Source: a virus
Lineage: Duplodnaviria > Caudoviricetes
IMG/VR virus record: IMGVR_UViG_3300023213_000432
Coordinates: 96,001 to 160,000 of that record
DNA: 64,000 nucleotides
Strand: one strand, 5' to 3'
Shown here: in pieces, positions 58,028-64,000 of the stretch
How positions within the stretch are numbered: position 1 is the stretch's first letter
How the letters are laid out: every line of letters starts with the position of its first letter
Made by a program: the position numbers and the translations under genes
Notes under the pieces: generated by a model
Databases searched by the model: none
What the model saw: only the letters and a program-made list of their open reading frames with translations
Told to the model about the DNA's origin: nothing

Positions 58028-58042
58028 ACGTTGCACTTTAAG

Positions 58043-58088
58043 GTCAATTACCCATGATTAAAATTATGGGCTTCCTTGCTTAGAGATC
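58043..58088. mobile_element. 46-bp minimal element (both ends sharing one hairpin)
   Basis: GTCAATTA-CCCATGATTAAAATTATGGG-CTTCCTTGCTTAGAGATC|ATGAT. Confidence 0.8.
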
Positions 58089-58190
58089 ATGATCTTTCAA
58101 TAATTTCGCATTACATCAAATATAATATTCGAGAGGTGCCCCACTAAACTAATATTCCCTCTAACTATTTACTTTGATGTGGAGATCGCT

Positions 58191-58523
58191 ATGGGCACGC
58201 CAAAATTGAAAGACCCAAATTTTTCGTTCGATGAGGAAGAACTTGATGTCCCGCTTGACATTCAAGATATTATTACCGTGTGTCGAGAATATAGCAAATT
58301 AGGATGGCATCTTCAGCGCCAAATAGAGGCAATATTAGAATTTGGAAATGTGGAAGAAGCTATTAAAATGGGACAGGTTAAAAAAGAAGCTCTGCCCCAC
58401 ATTAAGGAGTTTTTAATGGTAATATCTAATACGCACTATTTCGGTGATGCTGCTTATCAGGCTCATGATTGTATTTTTTTGATCGAACGATATCAGGATA
58501 ACCAAATATCAAGCCTCAACTAA
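58191..58523 (+). CDS. hypothetical protein
   Basis: GGAG RBS, ATG 58191. Confidence 0.65.
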   Translation: MGTPKLKDPNFSFDEEELDVPLDIQDIITVCREYSKLGWHLQRQIEAILEFGNVEEAIKMGQVKKEALPHIKEFLMVISNTHYFGDAAYQAHDCIFLIERYQDNQISSLN

Positions 58524-59027
58524 ATGATTTTTATTTACATTCTTCTTACTTTTGCCTCTGCTTTTTTTCTAACTACTTTGTTTGGGTATTTGGCGCATTG
58601 GATTATGCATAAACGTTGGTCTGGAAGGTTATATCAAGCCCATTATACACATCACCAAGTCTTATATCCTCCTGAGGATATGTATTCCGATAAATATCGA
58701 GAAGCTGGGATTGATGATAGCGGCAAATTATTTATTTTGCTTTTCCTTCCTATTATTCTGGTCATTTTGGCGTTTGGGTGGTTCAAAGTGATACCTCTAT
58801 GGGCAGCTATTCTAACAGTGATAGAGATGGGATTGATTGGATATTTGCATGATTTTTGGCACGAAAAGTTTCATTTATCTAATACTTGGTGGAAGAAATT
58901 TAAGTGGTTTCAACATCTAACTCAACTTCATTATATACATCATATTGAAACTTCAAAAAATCTGGGGATATTTAATTTTTGGTGGGATAGAGTGTTTAAA
59001 AGTTATCACGGAAAATTTGATGAGTAA
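58524..59027 (+). CDS. sterol desaturase / fatty acid hydroxylase-family membrane di-iron enzyme
   Basis: His boxes HWIMH, HYTHH, HDFWH, HYIHH; TM helices; NLG....WWD.VF. Confidence 0.85.
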   Translation: MIFIYILLTFASAFFLTTLFGYLAHWIMHKRWSGRLYQAHYTHHQVLYPPEDMYSDKYREAGIDDSGKLFILLFLPIILVILAFGWFKVIPLWAAILTVIEMGLIGYLHDFWHEKFHLSNTWWKKFKWFQHLTQLHYIHHIETSKNLGIFNFWWDRVFKSYHGKFDE

Positions 59028-59039
59028 GGAGTATAAGTA

Positions 59040-59387
59040 ATGGCAACGTTAATCCTCGCAGACCTATGCATCAATTGCGGAGCGTGTTTTGGCCCTGAAG
59101 TATGTCCTAACGATGCAATTACGGATGGCTCTGATGTTGGAATAGATGCCTTCTATATTCACCCAAACAAATGTGATGAGTGTGTGGGGTTTTATTCTTT
59201 TGCTAATTGCCAAACTTATTGTCCCGTAGAAGGCTGTATCATTCCCGATCCCAACATCGTTGAAGACGAAGATACTCTTATTCAACGAGCTTTGTCTTTA
59301 CATCCCAATAATGAAGAACTGAAAACCCGATTTGATAGTGGCGACTTTCCATCTTTGAAACGCAAACTCCCCATCGTTAAAAATTAA
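59040..59387 (+). CDS. YfhL-family 2x[4Fe-4S] ferredoxin
   Basis: CINCGAC...CPNDAI...IHPNKCDECVG....CQTYCPVEGCIIPDP. Confidence 0.88.
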   Translation: MATLILADLCINCGACFGPEVCPNDAITDGSDVGIDAFYIHPNKCDECVGFYSFANCQTYCPVEGCIIPDPNIVEDEDTLIQRALSLHPNNEELKTRFDSGDFPSLKRKLPIVKN

Positions 59388-60413
59388 TTACTGTGGCGTC
59401 CAAGCATTGGTCGATGAATTGAATAACCAAGTATCGTTGTAATCTTCATCATCTTTGATTCCGCCGAACAATACCGTTCGAGCCGAAAAGACATCATATG
59501 CCATTTGAGCATAGGCTCTTCGCAGAGGCACAGTTCCTGATGGAAGAATTTGCGTCCAAGTATTATTTGTAGGATTGAATACCCAAGTTTCTGCGTTATA
59601 TCCTTGGGCAGTGATTCCTCCAAACAGAATGAATAAGTTATTCCCGCTATCATACACCATGTTTGCCCCATATCTTCCGCTGGGCACCGAACTCGATAAC
59701 CCCAAATTGACACCAAGCCAAAAAGTTCCGTCAAACTGCCAAGTATCTGTCAAAAGTTCCGTTGGACCAGCACCGCCAAAAAGCAAAGTGATCGATGGGC
59801 TGCTAGCTTGAGCATGGTGCAATCTTTTGCTAGGAGCATTGGGTGGGTTCAACAAAGTCCAAGTGTTATTAGAGTGAGTCCAAGCCCACGTGCCAGCAGT
59901 ATAAGTGTTATTGGTTTGTCCGCCAAATAAGATCGCCTTCCCTATTCCAGACTGGTAAGATAGTTTAGCTGACTTTCGACTAACAGGATTAACAATAGCT
60001 CCTGTTCCATTATTAACCAGGCTCCAAGTTCCAGTAAAAGACCAAGTGTCTTGCAATGGATTTAGTTCAGCATTAGCTCCACCGAACAAAATGAGACTAG
60101 TTCCATCAAAAGACATAGAGCCATCGAACCTTCCCGATGGACCAACAATTTCATTTAATAGCACCCAGACAGAACCGTTCCAAAACCAACTGTCATTCAA
60201 AACACCATCGTTGGTGTTGTTTGTGGTTTTTCCTCCGAAAAGAACTGTTCCGATTCCCGGAAGATAGTCCATCATCCCTTGCCAACGAGGCGGAGGAGAA
60301 AAACTAAGTCCAATTCCGGGGAAAAGATCTAACCCAGATCCACTTGGGCCACCACCGGGAGGTGCGGGCGAATAAATTCCGGGTGGGAAGGTGAAGAAAA
60401 AAAGAAACATCAC
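59388..60413 (-). CDS. Kelch-repeat beta-propeller protein
   Basis: Repeated LFGG...(L/Y)NDTW.F...W units. Confidence 0.85.
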   Translation of the reverse strand: MMFLFFFTFPPGIYSPAPPGGGPSGSGLDLFPGIGLSFSPPPRWQGMMDYLPGIGTVLFGGKTTNNTNDGVLNDSWFWNGSVWVLLNEIVGPSGRFDGSMSFDGTSLILFGGANAELNPLQDTWSFTGTWSLVNNGTGAIVNPVSRKSAKLSYQSGIGKAILFGGQTNNTYTAGTWAWTHSNNTWTLLNPPNAPSKRLHHAQASSPSITLLFGGAGPTELLTDTWQFDGTFWLGVNLGLSSSVPSGRYGANMVYDSGNNLFILFGGITAQGYNAETWVFNPTNNTWTQILPSGTVPLRRAYAQMAYDVFSARTVLFGGIKDDEDYNDTWLFNSSTNAWTPQ

Positions 60414-60425
60414 CCTACCTAAAAA

Positions 60426-62324
60426 TTAGACACAGTCATAACCAGTTATAGTTACTGATTCAAGGGTTCCAGAAGCGCCCGCGGCTGCAAATTCTAAGGT
60501 CATGGCAGTTGCAGCGGAACCGACAATATTAAGACCGCTGATATTAAGGCTGCGAACGTCATTAGAGATAGCCGATAAATACTGGCTCCATAGAATAGTT
60601 CCGGTTCCTGTTACGCCATCACGCAAATTAACTAAAGTAGCAGCGTTGGTAGCAGTACCCGCAAAGCTAGCAGAAACGCTAGTGCAGACATGTCTAACAC
60701 CTGCCGCTCCTGCTGCCTTGGTTGCAGTCGCTTGAGTAGCCGCAGATGGTGTGCTAACTACTGTCCAGTTACCAGGTAACACAGTAAGTTCTGCGCCAGT
60801 GGAACTGAAAGCTGATAAATTAGCCGCTGCACCCGATCGAGCCCGATCCATATTGGTGCCATTGAATAACGCTGGATTTTCTGCCACGATATTAACCGCC
60901 GGCATAGCATCGGCAGTAGCAGAACGTTCAATGTAGTAGAGTTGTGATGCCGGATCATAAAGAGCTTCTTCTTCAATGCCGATACCATCTGGTAAGAAAC
61001 CGTTAGTGCCGGGGCCCAGTACCGAATGTTGATCCCATTCAACTGTCGAGTTTTGAGCGTGTGAAAATTGAGTTGCAATTTGGAGTGGAACAGTTGTAGA
61101 ACCAACAGTATAGGTTGCTGATACATAGTTGGTTTCTGGATTGGATCCAACTCGATCAAGAATAACTTTCTGTCCGGGAATTAGGGTAGTTGGCGCGCTA
61201 TTAAGCGTAAGAGTGGTGCTATTAGCAGCCAAAGGATTATTGGAAATAGTTCCGCTTCCCTTACCTTTAGCATTAACGTTACGGGCTCTATCGAATTGGA
61301 AACCAGAAAGCACGCTTCCATTTGCTAATGGGTTGCCATTCCATTCGTATTCAGCCGCAATTGCAGTACCGTTGCCAGAAGCACCATCAAGTTCGCCACC
61401 TGCGGAACGTTCTAATTCGGCTAAGTTGGCATTTGTGTTAAACAAATAAGTCATTGATGCTGACAAACCAGTCAAAGCAATGTTATTACCTGCACCAGCA
61501 TCGCGAGCAACGTTATAGTGAAACCAGCTAAGTGTTTCGTTGCCCGTATGGTTAGCTTTAAAGACGGCGGTAATTGAAGTGCCGCTTGGAACTGCACTGA
61601 CGAAAATGTTTTCTGGATTGGTTCCACCCACCGCGACATAATCACCAATTTTTATGTTTGTCGTGGATGTAACAGTAATAGTTTGGGGCGAGTTGCCGCC
61701 GGTGATAGCGCCTTGATTGATAGTTGTGCTAAAAGGTATTGCAAATTGAGAGCTACCAGCGGTAAGACCCGAGGCTGGCTGACCGTCAAACGCCGTTGAA
61801 CGTTGGCGATCATAGCCCCCTGAGTTAATACCGTTGAGATTAGAACACGGATTAAGAATAGCTGTTGGGCCCGATACATCTAATTGAAATGCCGTGCCAC
61901 TAGGGACTTGGTTATCAGCATTACGACCTTGCGTTGTGCCAACAACATTTACACCGTCTCCAATCTTGATTGGAATTGGGTTATTATTAGCAAGAACCGC
62001 ATTACCTTGCGATAATTGAACGGGAATAGGATTATTTGCTGCTAATACTGAACCACTTTGGGATAATTGACTTGGAATGGGATTGCTAGCAGATAACACT
62101 GCGTTGCTTTGAGATAGCTGAGCCGGAATAGGATTATTAGCTGCTAAAACTGCGTTGCTTTGGGACAATTGAGCTGGAAGTGGATTGGTCGCTGTAATAT
62201 CACCACCATCCGTATCCAAAGATCCAATACGAACCTTGATTACTGGAATTTTATACGCACCAATGTCCTCGGTTGCGATATTATCACCACCAGCTCCTGG
62301 ATTAATCCTTGTATTATCACTCAT
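60426..62324 (-). CDS. Gly/Ala/Asn/Thr-rich probable virion (tail/fibre) protein
   Basis: Beta-rich composition; four 17-aa repeats near the N-terminus. Confidence 0.55.
   Translation of the reverse strand: MSDNTRINPGAGGDNIATEDIGAYKIPVIKVRIGSLDTDGGDITATNPLPAQLSQSNAVLAANNPIPAQLSQSNAVLSASNPIPSQLSQSGSVLAANNPIPVQLSQGNAVLANNNPIPIKIGDGVNVVGTTQGRNADNQVPSGTAFQLDVSGPTAILNPCSNLNGINSGGYDRQRSTAFDGQPASGLTAGSSQFAIPFSTTINQGAITGGNSPQTITVTSTTNIKIGDYVAVGGTNPENIFVSAVPSGTSITAVFKANHTGNETLSWFHYNVARDAGAGNNIALTGLSASMTYLFNTNANLAELERSAGGELDGASGNGTAIAAEYEWNGNPLANGSVLSGFQFDRARNVNAKGKGSGTISNNPLAANSTTLTLNSAPTTLIPGQKVILDRVGSNPETNYVSATYTVGSTTVPLQIATQFSHAQNSTVEWDQHSVLGPGTNGFLPDGIGIEEEALYDPASQLYYIERSATADAMPAVNIVAENPALFNGTNMDRARSGAAANLSAFSSTGAELTVLPGNWTVVSTPSAATQATATKAAGAAGVRHVCTSVSASFAGTATNAATLVNLRDGVTGTGTILWSQYLSAISNDVRSLNISGLNIVGSAATAMTLEFAAAGASGTLESVTITGYDCV
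61971..62174 (-). repeat. four tandem 51-bp (17-aa) coding repeats
   Basis: (A/S/V)QLSQ(S/G)(N/G)(A/S)VL(A/S)xxNPIP x4. Confidence 0.85.
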
Positions 62325-62390
62325 AATCTGTCCTTCTTGTTAGCAATTGTTTGAATTTTGCCCATATGGCAAAATGCGAATTTATGCCGA

Positions 62391-62699
62391 TTACTTAAGT
62401 CTCCCGCCCATCTGCCGATATACAAACATGGTAGTTCCATATGGCTCTTCTTGCTTTTTCCAGTAAGGCTTAACTGCCTTTTTAGCTTTTTCCCAAATGT
62501 GCTTATCCAGAACAGCAGGTGGAGGATTTAGTGGATTATCCCAATCTTTACTCATTTTGGCAAGATAAGCCCGATCTTCTTCATTCAGCCATGTTAGTTC
62601 ATCTGCTTTAACACTTTGAGGTTCATGTTGAGAATAGTGATATTCTGACACTTTAATTAGAAACTTTTCTGCCAATTTGAATATTTTTTCAAAACTCAT
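62391..62699 (-). CDS. hypothetical phage protein
   Basis: HIWEKAKKAV...PYG....VYRQMGG. Confidence 0.65.
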   Translation of the reverse strand: MSFEKIFKLAEKFLIKVSEYHYSQHEPQSVKADELTWLNEEDRAYLAKMSKDWDNPLNPPPAVLDKHIWEKAKKAVKPYWKKQEEPYGTTMFVYRQMGGRLK

Positions 62700-62715
62700 A
62701 ATTTGATGCCCAACT

Positions 62716-63036
62716 ATGGATAGTCAATTAACCTACACGTATCGCTTAAAATCTAAGGGAAGAGATTATTACGATGTTTATTCCTTTGGAGCCAGAGTCG
62801 TGCCTTGGGATGTCCCTAAAAATCTGTTAGATGTTCATATTGCTCATTATTCGGGAGATGGTACGAAATTAGCGATTACTAATTTTTGGGTTGATATTAC
62901 TGAGGACTTAACTATCCAATGGTTGCCTTATCGAAGAGTTGCGACTGATAGTGGCTATAATTATGATACCACCAACATTCCATCTGATGTCAAAGAATTC
63001 GCAGAGAGGATAGTCAAAAATTTAGCATTCTGGTGA
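62716..63036 (+). CDS. hypothetical protein
   Basis: 106-aa ORF. Confidence 0.55.
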   Translation: MDSQLTYTYRLKSKGRDYYDVYSFGARVVPWDVPKNLLDVHIAHYSGDGTKLAITNFWVDITEDLTIQWLPYRRVATDSGYNYDTTNIPSDVKEFAERIVKNLAFW

Positions 63037-63040
63037 AAAT

Positions 63041-63640
63041 ATGAAACAATTTATAATAGGGTCAGACGAAGTAGGTTATGGAAGTTATGCGGGGCCGATT
63101 GTTGTCTGTGCCATCAAAGCTTCTTTCGATTGGAAAATTGAAGGACTACGAGATAGCAAAAAACTTTCTCCCAAAAAACGAGAAGTTATATGTGAAAAAC
63201 TTAATGCTCTTATTGTCAATCAAGAAATCAAATTTGCTTTAGCTCAACGAGACAATCTTCATATCGATCGAGTAGGAATTGCAGTCGCTTTGAAGGAATG
63301 TTATGTGGAGTGTTTCCGTCAGCTTTATGATAAGCAGTCTTCTATTATTGTGGATGGCAATTTAAAGTTTAGTGGATTGGGAATTGATGATTACGACATC
63401 AAAAGTATAATTAAAGCAGACGATAGTGTTCCTATGGTGATGGCAGCCTCTTGTTGGGCCAAGGTATATCGTGATGCGTTATTAGTAAAACTTCATGAGC
63501 AATACCCTATCTATGATTGGAAGTCGAATAAGGGGTATGGCACTCCCAAGCACAAAGCAGCCTTAGAACAATATGGAGTCTCACCGTTTCACAGAATGAG
63601 CTACGCACCTATGAAAAATATGAAGCATGTTCAAAATTAA
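63041..63640 (+). CDS. rnhB: ribonuclease HII
   Basis: GSDEVGYGSYAGP, LRDSKKLS, VDGN, KADD....VMAAS..AKVYRD, NKGYGT..H, HRMSY. Confidence 0.92.
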   Translation: MKQFIIGSDEVGYGSYAGPIVVCAIKASFDWKIEGLRDSKKLSPKKREVICEKLNALIVNQEIKFALAQRDNLHIDRVGIAVALKECYVECFRQLYDKQSSIIVDGNLKFSGLGIDDYDIKSIIKADDSVPMVMAASCWAKVYRDALLVKLHEQYPIYDWKSNKGYGTPKHKAALEQYGVSPFHRMSYAPMKNMKHVQN

Positions 63641-64000
63641 ACAACTCAAAAATTTTACTAGTAAAGAAATCGCTCAAGTAAGCCGCCTTACTAACTATGC
63701 GGAAGATGGTGGCGGTAGTTATATGCTTCAAACTCAAATTAAAAAAAGAAAAGAGCGCCCAATTACTTGTGCAGTTCTTTATTATCGATGTGAGAAAATT
63801 ATTGGCTGGGCTACTGTAGAAAAAAATTGTGGCGATGTTTTGTATTGTGTTTTTGTGGCACCCGTATATCGTCGCAAAGGAATCGGTAGTAAGTTGCTTA
63901 AAAAGGCTAAAGAAATTGCCAAAATTCGGTTTCCTTTAGCATATTCGTCACCTATAGCGTGGCCGTGGGATGATAGGGGAAGAACTTTTTATGTTAAGAC
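63627..64000 (+). CDS. GNAT acetyltransferase (partial, runs off window end)
   Basis: Manual translation: ...VFVAPVYRRKGIGSKLL...; not in the ORF track. Confidence 0.75.
   Translation, partial: MFKIKQLKNFTSKEIAQVSRLTNYAEDGGGSYMLQTQIKKRKERPITCAVLYYRCEKIIGWATVEKNCGDVLYCVFVAPVYRRKGIGSKLLKKAKEIAKIRFPLAYSSPIAWPWDDRGRTFYVK

Noticed and set aside
1-64000. CRISPR array, tnpA, reverse transcriptase/retron/DGR
   Set aside because: No regularly spaced repeats, no HUH Y1 transposase motif and no YxDD RT ORF seen. The hairpin repeats are dispersed IS ends.
1-64000. Alternative genetic code (stop recoding)
   Set aside because: Known genes translate to full length with code 11, and TAA, TAG and TGA all occur as stops.

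Overview
This is a 64-kb accessory segment of a large AT-rich (about 35% GC) dsDNA phage genome, probably a jumbo phage. Evidence: densely packed ORFs with ATGA stop/start overlaps, an rIIA/rIIB pair, T4-like 5'-3' exonuclease, RNase HII, a Dam-type methylase and at least six free-standing homing endonucleases (GIY-YIG, HNH, LAGLIDADG, Zn-ribbon/PD-(D/E)XK). The main hidden structure is a family of about 12 IS200/IS605-type OMEGA elements that share one end architecture (GTCAAT[T/A]ACC-hairpin ... hairpin-end followed by [A/G]TGAA). It includes two intact IsrB (HNH-less IscB-family) loci with omegaRNA, one intact TnpB locus, an omegaRNA-only element, four reRNA-only elements, solo ends and a 46-bp minimal element. 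Removing them at these boundaries restores in-frame genes or ATGA-coupled gene pairs. Also present: a 90-nt tRNA-Sec-like 8/4 cloverleaf with a Ser (GGA) anticodon (allo-tRNA-like) bracketed by these IS ends, a promoter-driven unclassified structured RNA of about 300 nt, and a dispersed UNCG-hairpin repeat. Unusual cargo genes include a RoxA-like di-haem cytochrome c, an EXORDIUM/Phi-1 homologue, a desaturase plus ferredoxin pair, AlkB, CYTH and a GHKL-nuclease. No tnpA, CRISPR array, rRNA or core structural module was recognised. All calls are from motif reading by eye, with no database searches.
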